This document shows, piece by piece, positions 11,624-23,433 of a stretch of 64,000 nucleotides of DNA. Under the pieces are notes generated by a model, which had not been told where the DNA came from, made no database searches, and saw only the letters and a program-made list of their open reading frames with translations. The first letter of the stretch is position 1, and every line of letters begins with the position of its first letter. Source of the stretch: Atractiella rhizophila (taxonomy: Eukaryota); assembly GCA_021432655.1 (NCBI GenBank), contig MU271401.1:1-64000 (forward strand), read 5' to 3'. The translations under genes and the position numbers were made by a program.

Positions 11624-12940
11624 ATGCCAGTTCTCACCCCAGCACCGTCACCAGCCATTCTTGCCAGCAAGTCGCTCCCAGACGAACCTCCGCTGGGATC
11701 CTGTCCCGGAGATGGACTTTGCAATGGGAAAGGAGGAGCACCGCAATGTCGGGGATGCCCAAGTTTCAACAATTCTGGACGGCTTGTTCCTGTTTCTGGA
11801 CCGGGGTCAGCAGAAAAGCGAAGTAATGGAATGCAGACGCCGGAGGGCAGTATGAGCGCTGAGGAGATGGGAGAAGACCAGTTGATGGAGGATGCTGAGG
11901 CTGGAGACAGCGTGAGTGCTTCGTCAGCCGCTGCTCCTGGAAAAGTTGCCCCGATGTGTTGTGAAAATTGTGGGACGTTCAATACTCCTCTGTGGAGGAG
12001 GGATGGAGAAGGGAGGGTCGCCTGTAATGCCTGTGGTTCGTCTTCTTTTTGATATCATTATCCAAAGCTCACGAGGTACTTTAGGTCTGTATTATAAGGT
12101 TCGCTCTCTGAGTGGTCTTAATTGAATTTGAAGTGATTGTATTGGTCGAACAGCTCCATCGCAAACATCGTCCTGTAAACATGAAACGACCGGTTATAAA
12201 ACGTCGCAAAAGAGTTCCAGCCGCCAACTCAGCCTCACAATCTCAGACCCCGAAAGTGAGCTATATTTCTCTTTCCTCGCCTCCCCGAAATTACCAAAGT
12301 GATATGCTGATGGAACATTTATCAGAAGCAGCACGCTACCTATACTCCTTACCCACCACCGCAAACGTACGCTCGCCAACAAACTTCTTCAGCACGCCTC
12401 TCCCCATCATCCACTTCGACATCATCAGAAGTTATTGATCCCTCTATCCGGAGACGCAAATCTCCTGCTGCTCAACAACTCCAACCCGAGCCTCAATTCC
12501 AACCAAAATTGCACCTCCAACCCCTCGCTCAAATCCAACCTCAAGAACGTCGTTCTCCTTCGAACACTTTGCCAGAACTGGCCGCCGTAGCTTCAGCTAT
12601 GCTGCCTTTGCATCATCAAGCAATGAACAGCAGTAATGGGATGGGAGACGATGATAAGGAGCGGTTTAAGGAAGAGCTCGAGCGTTCTATCGGAAGGGCA
12701 GAGGAGGAGAGCAGGAGGTTGAGTCGGTTCTTGGAAGAGGGTAGAGACTTGTTGAGACGCCTCAATTCGTCTAGTGGGAGTTCGGACGGCGTGGGCGGTG
12801 GAAATGGAAACGGAGAGGTGAGATTAAGCTTGAATGGGAGGAGCGGAAGTGGTAGTGGCAGCCTCTGGCCAACGTCGCCTGCTGTGGTTTGGGACGCCGG
12901 ACTCTCTCAACAGATGCAGAGAGTGGAGATGCAAAGTTGA
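11624..12940 (+). CDS. Iron-responsive GATA factor, SreA/Fep1/Urbs1/Cir1 family, single zinc finger
   Basis: Cys-rich 'CPGDGLCNGKGGAPQCRGCPSFNN', then GATA finger 'CENCGTFNTPLWRR...ACNACGLYYKLH...RPVNMKRPVIKRRKR' across three introns; C-terminal coiled coil. Confidence 0.88.
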
Positions 12941-13237
12941 TAGTTGTTGAAACGTTCGTATACACCGCCTTATTGTTCTTGTTGTTTGTCTCTCTCTTTC
13001 CTACCTCGCCTCTTTCCTCTGAAAATCGTAACCTTACCTCGCTCTGTAATCTGTTCCTTTCGTCAGTTGTCTTGGTTGTTTGCTCTTCGATATTTCTCCG
13101 AGATTCATTCATGCCTACTCATTCATATGCCGCTCATATGCTGCCCAGGAATTTGTTCATATGCACTCTGTCTTTGAAATTACCATCTCTATTTAATGCT
13201 TCACACTAGCTGCTCCATATGAATACCTCAGTAACGA

Positions 13238-15748
13238 TCAACGCTGTACGCTATTCGCCTTCGCCAACTCCACTCCCCACCTTCCCACCTCCTCCATCGC
13301 CTTCTCATCTCCGCTTCTAACTCTCTCCGCCTCCTCTCCCGGTCCAAGCGCATCAGCGACCAACTTCCACGGATCCCTTGCGCTCCCCCACCTGAGGAGT
13401 TTCTCTTTGAACCACTCCCCACTCTCTCGGTCCAACGGACTGTTATCGAAGATTTTATGAAAAAGTCTCGAAGCGATAGCGCGGTCAAAGATGTACGAAT
13501 AATAGGTAGCGCCGTATCCGACAAGATGGGAGAACTGGGTTTGGTGGTGAGTGCCCGCGGCGTGCGGGATGGGATATCGAGAGTTTTGGACGCGGGAGAA
13601 TGTAGAGGTAGAGTCGAAGGATGGGGAGAGGGGGAGGGACGAGTGGTATTCTAGGTCGAGGTCGGCGAGCGTGATTTGCCAAGTGTCCTCCAAGGCTGGG
13701 AATGTGCGATGCTGCTTTTTATAGGTTTGGAGTTTGGGGAGGGGAAGGGGTGACTGGTTGGAGAAGTGTGTGAAAAGGGAGAGGATGAGGGGAGAGGATA
13801 GAAAGTGCTCCATTAGGATCGAAGGGAGCTCGACAAAGTCTGTTGCGACCCGGGTGCCGGATGAGTTGTGGTATGGGGTTTGACCAATCATCGCTGTCGA
13901 GAATGTGCACATCAGCGTCCAGCTCAGGGATGGAGAAAGTGAGGGTACAAACAATGAATAGCATGTCCCATCTCGTGGAACAATGTCTCTACCTCTCCCC
14001 ACTTGAGCAGAACTACATTCTTTCCCTCCCTCTTAGACCTTCCGAATCCACAAACAAGCACCACAACCGGTAGCTGGTAGGTTCCCTCCTCCCCCTTCTT
14101 CTTTACGTGTTCAACATTCAATCCTCCTTCGTCTTCTGCTTCTACAGCAGATCCGGAAGAGAGATCCAGGTCCGTCCTCCTTGAACATGTCACTGTGTAG
14201 TGAGCCGGCGCAGAATTCTTCCCCTCCCTCCAAAACAGATCCAGATAGACCGTCCCAACCTTCTCATCTTTGTCATCCAACATCGAAAGCTTGAGCACAG
14301 AGGGATCCCACGTCTCCCCTAACAGAGGAGACTGGAGTTCGAAGCGCAGTCCATAAATGGATTGGAAGAGGTGAGAAAGAGCACGGAAGACGGTCCCGAG
14401 TGAAAGGTAGGCGCTGAGCTCTTCTTCGATATTTGCGTCTTTTGGTGAGGTGGTTGCGGCGAGGAATAAGTTGGTCAGGTAGTCGCGATCCCATGGGTAT
14501 ACCGGTGGAGGGGAAGAGAGGTGTTGCGTCGATTGTTTTAGTCGCTGGAGGATGGAAAGCTCTGATTTAGCTTGGGGGAGTATGGACGTGGAAATGGCAT
14601 CCAGAAAAGAGCTGACGTTCACTGGTTCGCCCAAATGGTTCTGTTAACAAAGCAAAGGAGCGGCGAAACTGGAGGCGAACCTGGTGTCTTCGCCATTTTA
14701 TCATGCAGAGTCAACTCCGCCCAATTCTCATATCCCACCAATCTTGCAACCTCGCATCTCTTTCTTAACATCTCCTCTAAAGTCTCTAAATCTTCTGGTT
14801 CTGCTTTATGGACAGCGAGGTATGCTGCCTTCCTCACTCTCTCATCATCACCATAGCGCAGCCCGTGGATTTGGCTCCCGTCCCTTCGTAGCCGCATTTT
14901 CTTCCCACCATTCCCAAGGTCCAGCTCAACTTGCGCAGATCGACGTCTGTACGGAATCTCCATGATATCTTGTCCTAAGAAAGAAATCGTGTCGGATTCT
15001 TGCACAAAGAGCTCACGCTGATGTGGGGGAAGGTGAATGCCAGACTTCTCGAAGTCTCTCAGGAATTGGAGAGCGACGGTGTAGGTGTTGAAGAGCTCCG
15101 GGTCTGCGGTGTCGGAAGAAGGGAACGGAATAGAACTGATTATCCGTTTGAGCGCCTGGCTTTCTCTTCATCAACATTTGTCTGAGGTTAAAGGAAGAGG
15201 AGAAGCAGAAGACGAACTCGATGGAGCCCAACATGGGTATTCAAAACATTCATATAGTTATGCAACTCAGCATGCGCTACTTCGCTCGCTTCCACCCATT
15301 CCTGAGAAGGATGTACGTTCTTCACGAGCTCTGCAAGGTCGATAACGCCACACAGCAGGTCTGAGACCTTATCCAGCCTCGCCACAATGGTGAAAAGCTG
15401 TTGCCTTATATCCAGAGAAGCGAGCAATGGATCTCTGGTCTGCTCCTGGAACCGTGGTGCGTGGTTGGCAGTTGAAGGGGTGTAAAGCGTGTCAAAGTCC
15501 CGACAGATGCCTTCGACGATTCCAGCTACACGTTGCCCCGTCCATCGTGCTACAGCTGGGAAATCGGCTGGCGTGCGTAAGCGTGAGTGTCCGAAAAGAC
15601 CAGTCGTGCGTGTGGGATCGATGGAAGACTTGGGAGCTGGTGATGAGCGGCTGTCGAGGATTGCAAGTAGTTCTGTGTCGGCAGCGGAGAATCTGGGAGC
15701 GGAGTGCAGAAGACGTTTGGAGGTACGGAGGAGAGGTCGAATTAGCAT
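13238..15748 (-). CDS. OCT1: Mitochondrial intermediate peptidase (M3 family)
   Basis: Presequence-like N-terminus, 'LCGVIDLAELVKNVHP', 'DFEKSGIHLP', zinc motif 'LFHEMGHAIH', 'TDFVELPSILMEHF', 'FSHLVGYGATYYSY'. Confidence 0.95.
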
Positions 15749-15921
15749 GATATACGAATATTACGATACTATCAACAGAACATCAATAACGCACAGAAGC
15801 AAGCAGCAATGGTGGTTCACAAGAAATTTGGCGTGGAGCTGTCGTGGTCACGTGTCGCCAGCCCAAGTCAAGTTCTCACAAGAAAGAATTGAAGTCCTAG
15901 CGCATGATTTGAACTAACAGT

Positions 15922-16987
15922 ATGGACCCTGAAGAGGATCTCTCAAACGTTACCTCCCCTTTCCCGGAACCGCCGTCGTACTATCTGCGCTACACGGAAG
16001 CCAACCTCTCCAAGCTCACCTCCTCGCATCCTCCAGAGCCAGACGCGCAGGGTTCGTACTCCAATGCGGATGGAGAAGACGTAACTTTTCCGCTGCATGA
16101 ACTGCAGCCGCCGAAGCAGGAGTGGATCGTGGAAGAGGGAGCGTGGGAGGTGTTTGGCGAGAGATGGCCTGTGCGCGTCCTGTCACTTCATCCCTAAGAC
16201 GTTCTCTCAACCTTTATGGAACAGATAAAGACTCAAGAGGAGACACTGGAGAGTATGGGAGTGCCACAGCTCTTCCAGAGGAAAGAGGGCACAGGTATGC
16301 TCAGACACTCTGTTGTCCCTCACCTAACTTGAAGCCATTGGGGAGCAGACAGGCGCATCATCCTCCGTTCACTTCTCAACACCCTCCTGAGGACATGGAA
16401 CGAACTCCTCTCTTCCATACTTGCAGGCCCAGGGCTTCCCCGTTCGTTTCCATCCTTCTTTGCCTTTTGTAGCTCGGCTTACGCTTGGTATGAAGCTACG
16501 ACGGATGTGCCAACCATCAATTCGTCAGACAGAGAGTTGGAACATTTAAGGATCGTAGCTATCAACATGCACCAACTTCTGAACGAATTACGTCCTGCAC
16601 AGGTGCTTCCATTCCAACCTTTCTTGCCACCTTTTCCACTCGCTGAAGAGCGTTATAATAGGCAGAACGACAACTGGAGGAGATGATGCGCTCTCAGATC
16701 GCTTCTCGACGCACAAGAATAAAAGAGCTCAAACAGTTCGGTTCCCTTTATTCATCAAGCGAGCGTTTACAACTGTCGTGTCTAGACGCCGCCTAGTCAT
16801 TGAAGCTGAACTCGAGCGATTGGAGCATTTGCTGTTTCGTCATGAAGGCGAGAAGGGAGAAGATGACGAGGTGATGCTCGATTTTGCCTCTGTTGGAAGT
16901 AGCAGGAGTGCAGCAGCGCAGAAAGTGAAGGAGAAAGAGCTCTGGGATTCACTTTTACGAATAGCGGACAACATTCCCGGTCGGTAA
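15922..16987 (+). CDS. MED7: Mediator subunit 7
   Basis: 'SPFPEPPSYY', 'WEVFGERW', 'LESMGVPQLF', 'INMHQLLNELRPAQA' in spliced exons. Confidence 0.85.
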
Positions 16988-17231
16988 CAATTGTGGAATA
17001 GCAGAGATGCTGCATGGCGGATATAAAATCGCCAACGCTATGTTACTAGGTCAGTTCGAATGTAGGAAATCGAAGGGAGGCAAGGAAGTAAATTGGAGGT
17101 GTAAATGATCAGGGCAGACCCCCATGCGTAGCACAGCAGAATAAATGTCAGAAGGGTGAACATATTATTCCAAGAGTACTACCTATGGGAATGAATGTAT
17201 CACGAATTAAAAGGACATTGATAATGTAGGT

Positions 17232-17976
17232 TCAGAGAAACTCGTCATCTGCATTGCCAGCAGGGGCGAATCGCTGGACGTCCCGCTCCTTTGCAACACG
17301 AGCCATACTAATCGCGCACTCAGCGTCATTTGCTCTGCATTTGAGGGAGAGACTAACTAGGTACGATTGATTATGTCGTCTGTAGGTTGAAGAATTGAAT
17401 GTCAGTTATGATAGCGGACGTAGAGAAAGAAGCAACGCACAAGCTTCGAGATAGCGTTGCATGCAACGATCCAGGCATCCCTAAATCCCAACCCTTAGGA
17501 TAATTAGGTATGCGAAGACAGATTGCAGACCTCTTCCGATGAGCCTAGCTTATCAGAAGGCTTCGTGACGCATTTTTGAAAACTAAATGGATCGAGGATG
17601 AGAGATACATTAGCAGAATTGGTGGTGACGAACCATTTGTGGTTCACGGCCTGGTGCCAGTTCGTGTCAAAAATACTCAATGAAATGGATAGTAGAGGAC
17701 TCACATCAATGAGTCCCTAGTCATCCAAACCTCTCAGCAAACCGAATCTTTCACGCCAAGACAGTAAAGAACCGTACCTGAGCGTTCGTCGTTGCTGCAT
17801 CCGACACATTTCTCAGTCGTTCTCAGTAAGGAGGCAGAAATTAAGTCACCAATCTGTTGAGAAATGGCCTGCTTCAGCGCATTCGCCTGAGCTTGGACAT
17901 CTGGTTTGGCGGTTGACAGTGCTGAGGTGTTACCGCTGTTGGAAGAGGAAGAGGAGCCTCTGCCGAAGAATGACAT
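17232..17976 (-). CDS. TIM13: Small Tim chaperone (twin CX3C), Tim13-like
   Basis: Spliced reading 'ALKQAISQQIATTNAQGLIDAVNHKCFQKCVTKPSDKLGSSEE.CLDRCMQRYLEA' through several microexons. Confidence 0.85.
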
Positions 17977-18935
17977 ACTATATACAGGGTCAGTAAATGT
18001 TACACAGGACTTGAGAATTTATTACTGACCTTAGGAAGTTTTGGAGAGAGAGGGAAAGAAAATGGTTCACTTTCTTTGTGCTAGGAGTTTTTTGGTTGAC
18101 GATTTGGCGGCTTGGCCTTGTTTGTACGCCACTGTCTCGTCACGCATTTCAGTGACCAGTAAGCAACAATGTTTAGGCTTGAGACTTTAGGAGAGCTGCG
18201 TGGGGTTATAATGGATGTTATAGAGAGCAAGGGATGGTGTCACTGTTACTCTTCAATTGTTCATTGAATTTTCCGCATCAAAACGCACGTATTGACATTT
18301 TGGAAGTTATCAGTATAACCAGATAATCATTTATGCTTTCGGAGGATCAGAAGGACTCTTAGCCGCTACCCCGACCGTTTCTGACTGCTTTTCGTCTTTG
18401 TGCACCTTTTCTCGCCCTGAAAAAGGAGAATAATTATGATTGTAAATCACGTGACCTTAAACAGGATGGCATACATTCTGATTCTGACTCTCGCCTCAGC
18501 TGCTCACGCCTACGTTGGTTCATGTTCCTCTTGAATCCAATAAATGTGGCGCCGGCCACTGTTTTAAGCGTTGTTAGTTATTGACAAATGGATATTTGTT
18601 AACAGGCAACGTACCTATGCAGAGACCTCCCCATCCCAAGAAGACAGATCTGAACAAGGTCCATCAGATTGACCCTACGTAGTAAGATGATACACACTTT
18701 GGATTGCTCATTGGGTCGTCCTCTTCGGCTTCAAGTTCTTGAATGGAAGAAAGACAAAGCCGCGCTAATCCGGTGAGCCGCACAGTCAAGAAACAACCTG
18801 CAGAGGAATTGGACTAACTCCATGTATCTCTAGAATAACACGCTACTGAAAAGTTATACAAGCCAACTCCAGCTTAGTGCGCCGCTTTCCCTTTCCAAAC
18901 CCCAACATCTCGACCAAATATACATCGACATCACG

Positions 18936-19755
18936 ATGCCATCGAAAGCCACGAAAACCAACGTCAAATCGAAAGGCAAAGCGGTAGTCAACGCTGCTTC
19001 CCCAGCATTGGAAGCCGTACCTCCAGATTGGCCAGCCATAAAATCCTTTGGCCATCTCGAAGCCAACGTTCTCCTTCCTCAACAAATCGTAACCATCCTT
19101 TCGCTGTTCTCTTCATCCTTATGCAAGACCTATACTGCCTTTCTCTCCACGCTGCCTTTCACGACAACTCCGGTGCGTCCAAAACGCGGAGAAGCAGTCC
19201 GCTTCAACGATAGGTTTCAGGTCCATGATGAGACCTTTGCGAGGAGATTGTGGGAGGATAGTGGTTTGAAAGAGTTCTTTGAACGAGAAGAAAATGAGGG
19301 GATTCTGGGTGACGGTGTGAAGGAGAAGGAGGTGGTAGGTCTGAATCCGAATATCAGGGTGTATCGATACGTCCCAGGCCAATTTTTCGACAAGCACTGT
19401 GAGTGTCGCCCCCTTGACATCTCATTTGGGATAACTGACCACACAGATTAAACAGATGACGATTCCAATCTCGTTACACTTACTCAACCATCTCCTCTTC
19501 GTTGTCGTACGACCTGGACCCTCCTAATTTACCTCTCCGGCACCCAGGACGGGGTGAAAGGTGGACAGACTGCGTTCTATCTCGAGAAACCTTACCCAAA
19601 AGATGAAGAGGGGAAGGATGTGATTGATATTGTGGTGGAGACAGAGAGGGGTTCGGCGCTCTTGCATAAACATGGAAAAGATTGTCTTTTCCATGAAGGC
19701 AAGGAAGTCAAAGAGGGCACAAAATGGATACTCAGGAGCGATTTTGGTTGTCTGA
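18936..19755 (+). CDS. 2-oxoglutarate/Fe(II) dioxygenase, prolyl-4-hydroxylase-like
   Basis: 'IRVYRYVPGQFFDKHYDD' (HxD across an intron), 'WTLLIYL', 'GGQTAF', 'HEGKEV', 'KWILRSD'; end assumes one extra T at 19742-19745. Confidence 0.85.
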
Positions 19756-21288
19756 CCCAGAATATTTGTGAGTTGGATTTTTCATTGCATTTCGTCTCGT
19801 CTCGGTTTTCTCTCATGGTATATTCGCGATATCTCTGCTCTCCTGCGAAATCTGGGATCATCCCACTCTATGCACGCGACTCTTGTCACAGTGGTGACTT
19901 CCTTGTCTTTCTTCATCAACCGACTGCTGCATGAAAGCAACACTATAGGAATGATGAAATTGCTTTGATCTGAACTTCTTACGCATGTTGCCACCTTCAA
20001 CCCTCGTATGCCTCACATATGACCTGCGAAAAAGCACTTTAGCGATGCTCTGCAAGACAATTGGCACTGAAGGCAGGAAGTCATCAGGCGATGTCGACTC
20101 AAGCTTTTTGATCATGCGTTTTGTCAGATTATCATACCATAGTTTATATCACTCATCACTCAACTTCCTAGAAGAGAATGAAACTTCACGTGCTCACCTA
20201 ACTCTTAACTATTTTGTAATGTAGTGATATGGAAGCGGAAACACGAAGGCTCTCTCTTGGATAAATGACAACCACGGCTGATTTGTGATGCTCAAGTGGT
20301 CTCATATACTCTCTTTTTATATTCACATTTTTATGCTCCTCTCTAGTTCTCAGCGAGAGGTGGAAGCTCGAGTCAAGGAAACGAGTCACTGATGTGCATC
20401 TTTCTACTCCATTCCTCCACGAGGACAATTCGGGCTGCGTTCAAGAGATTTGACACAGGACTCGGCTCAAGCAGTCCTAACCCCAAACTTTTCCAAGGAG
20501 CAGCGTCGTCTCTGTTTTCGAACCTTCTAACTAATGTACCAATTAAATCCATTATTTACTTCACCACCTTTTGTTCCTTGGTTCGAAGACCCGAGTCTGT
20601 TTTTTATCCCCTCACCTTTTGATTGTCTTTGAAAACTGGAGTCTGCCTTGAACCTGAAATCATTTGAAGGCAGCGATACTGTCCACCTAGAATCAAGATC
20701 GCACAATGCTGGTCGCCACATAAATTGAGCCAGCGAAAGCTTAGCTGCTTTGTCTTCCATTCGTCGCATTCCGTGGCAAGTGTTGACTCGAGTCTTCACT
20801 TCCTCTCGTCCCTTAAATTTAGCCGTTACATTTCTGCGTGCCTTCGGGGCGTAAATGGCATGCAATTCCAAGCTGTCAGCTCCCATGACTGATTGGATGG
20901 TTCCTTCAAATCTCTCTGAGTCTTCGAGCCGATGGCCAAGAACTTCTCTTCTTGAATTGAAAGCCAAACCGCATGATTTCAGCAGTCCTCCTACGAACCG
21001 CATTACTTCAAGGAGCAGGCACACTAACTTCTAGTGGTAGCAACAATTAATTCCAAACCCTGGAACCCGAATTATTTGCGCGACTTGATCGGCGGACGAA
21101 AAAGTAGCGCGTACGATTCGGATAACAGTATGCTCTGCTCTGTGTGTTACAATGTTCTGTCAAGGAAGCCATTCTGTGTGCGTCCAGTGGTTTGTTCCCT
21201 CATAGGTTAATGCGGTCCCAACATGAGTATTGTATGAGCGACCTTTGTATCAAATGCGGTTTGGCATTCACGGCTGACCAATATATGT

Positions 21289-23252
21289 TCAAGACATCGA
21301 AAGACCCTCCATCCCAGCCTCCACGTCCGCCTCTCCATTAACACCGAAGGGATCATGAAAATGACCAGTCTTCTCCCTATAAATCTCACGATAGTCGACC
21401 TTAAGATGCTTAACCCTTTCAGACAACACAATCAGGTTTTCGTCTGTTTAGAAAGGGAAAAGATACTCTTCGTGTATATCAGCTATCGAGGACGCCAGAA
21501 GCATAAAGGACTGATTTTGTGCTTGGAGCGTGGATCCGATGGCCGCTGGGCTGACTGTTCCAGCTCTTCTGGATTTACTCGAGCTTACAGAGGCAAGCTG
21601 TTGTTCCAGAGCCTACGCCACAATTGAAGGAATCGGTTAAAGCGATATGGAGGACGTACCTCCATAGTTGAATGGTACCTCTGCAGCCGAGTCTTAAACT
21701 CTTGCGTCTTTCTTTGAAAATATCTAACAATCAAGCTTCAGTCGACCCTTAACCGGGGCGAAATAAGCGACATACTCGTCTACAAATCCAGCCCCGACTT
21801 GACCGCTAGCCACCGCTTTGGCTGGCGTTTTTACACCATCGACGATGTTGATGGTCTTGATCATATCTTGCACGTTCTGCTCCAACGTATTCTTCAAATC
21901 GGCAGTTGTGCGCGTTGACTGTTGGTGCAAAGTATCTGTGTAAAGGTATTGCTGTTGCGCTCTGTCAGTACGACATCAATGAGGGATGAGCAGTTACTCA
22001 CGGCTTCGACCTCTTTCAGTTTATCACGTCCTTGCTGAATGGTCGCTCCAAAATCGAATGCTTTCAACTCATCACGAATGGCTAGACGACCTTGAATGAA
22101 AGCGCTGTCACACAGCTGATGAGACGCTCTCCACCGTATCGAAAAAGGCATACTCAATTTCATCCACTATCTTTTTTGCTTCTGCTGGCAAGTCTTCGTA
22201 CTTAGTGTTCTTGTTCAGTGGCGCGACACTGCTGGTAGCTAAGTTACCAGTCGATGAATGTGAGAATAACGAACGCAGGTTGCTGAGGCTGCGTTGCACC
22301 TAAACCGAGGCCAGTGCTCGTCCCAAAACCAGCTGCAGGCGTCGTGGTAGACGTTCCAAAGCCTCCAAAGGCCGAAGCGGGTTTAGCAGCAAATGGGTTT
22401 GCAGTCGTAGAGGTTGACCCAAGGCCACTTCCAAACGACCCAAAAGCGCTCGCTGGTTTCGCAGCAGTAGGTGTAGCACCGAAGCTCCCGAAGGCTGACG
22501 TGCCTGACGTAGGAGTAGTACCAAATGCTGATGTTCCCGAGGCAGGCGTACTGCCAAACGCTGAGGTGCCGGACGTAGTGCCAAATGCTGAAGTTCCTGA
22601 TGCAGGTGTGGTGCCGAATGCCGATGTGCCAGTCGTTGGTCCAGTACCAAATGTCGAGGTGGCTGGCGTTGTTCCAAAGGCAGAAGCGGTGGTTGTGGCA
22701 GGCGTGCTTCCAAACGCTGATGTCGTCGACGCAGCTGTACCGCAACCAGAAGTCAGCTTCATGCTTCAGTCGGCACGAGTAGAAGCACTATTCTCTGCTT
22801 TCTTTCGTCTAAGGGAGGGAAAAGCAGTAAAAATCCCATCGGAAATGCTGTCTAAGGTGTCTTCAGATCCTTCAGCAATTTGGGGCAGAACAGGCTGGGG
22901 AGCCTTCGGCCGTGGTGAGAGTATATTGATCTTAAGGTCAGCCATCAAATTATTTATTCAGGTTATGGTCCACAACTGTTCTTGTATCCGTCACGTCGCA
23001 GAGCAAGGTACAATGACTGCCCTTCTCACTCCTTCTCATCTTGGAACAAATGGGACAAGGAAAAGATGAGAACACTGACCGGGGGCAAATGCGTTAGGTT
23101 TGCTTTGACCAAAAGCTGATCCAAATGCTGAAGTGGAAGAGCTAGGTTGCGAACCTGAATGTGCGTGAGCTTCATCACAGTAAGAACTTGCCAAATGTCA
23201 ACGTACCGAAAGCGTTGGTGGTGCTTCCACCAGCGTTACCAAAAAAGCTCAT
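21289..23252 (-). CDS. FG-repeat nucleoporin, Nup49/Nup58-like
   Basis: N-terminal SAFG/TSAFG repeats, 'TKYEDLPAEAKKIVDEIE', coiled-coil exons, C-terminal 'YREKTGHFHDPF'. Confidence 0.8.
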
Positions 23253-23433
23253 CGCAAATCAAGCTGATTTGTAATGTTCTCGAACTCCTTTGCTGGATGG
23301 ATGCCAATGTCCTCCAGAGATTCCAACCAACTCACAGAATTAAAGTTGCTCGGATCAGGTGACTCTTTTCAGGCGTGCTATAGGGTCAGGGTCAAATCTC
23401 ACTTGTCCCAAAACGGCGAAACGACCAATTACG

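Noticed and set aside
13238..15748. Mating-type HD locus next to MIP, as in many Agaricomycetes
   Set aside because: No homeodomain gene is recognisable on either side; neighbours are a GATA factor and MED7.
18466..18683. Possible small secreted peptide MAYILILTLASAAHAY...
   Set aside because: Only 22 codons unspliced and the splice model is ambiguous; no family support.
19800..21200. Short ORFs on both strands
   Set aside because: No recognisable motif or consistent exon chain.
22314..23069. 251-aa plus-strand ORF with VVPNA repeats
   Set aside because: Antisense shadow of the nucleoporin FG repeats.
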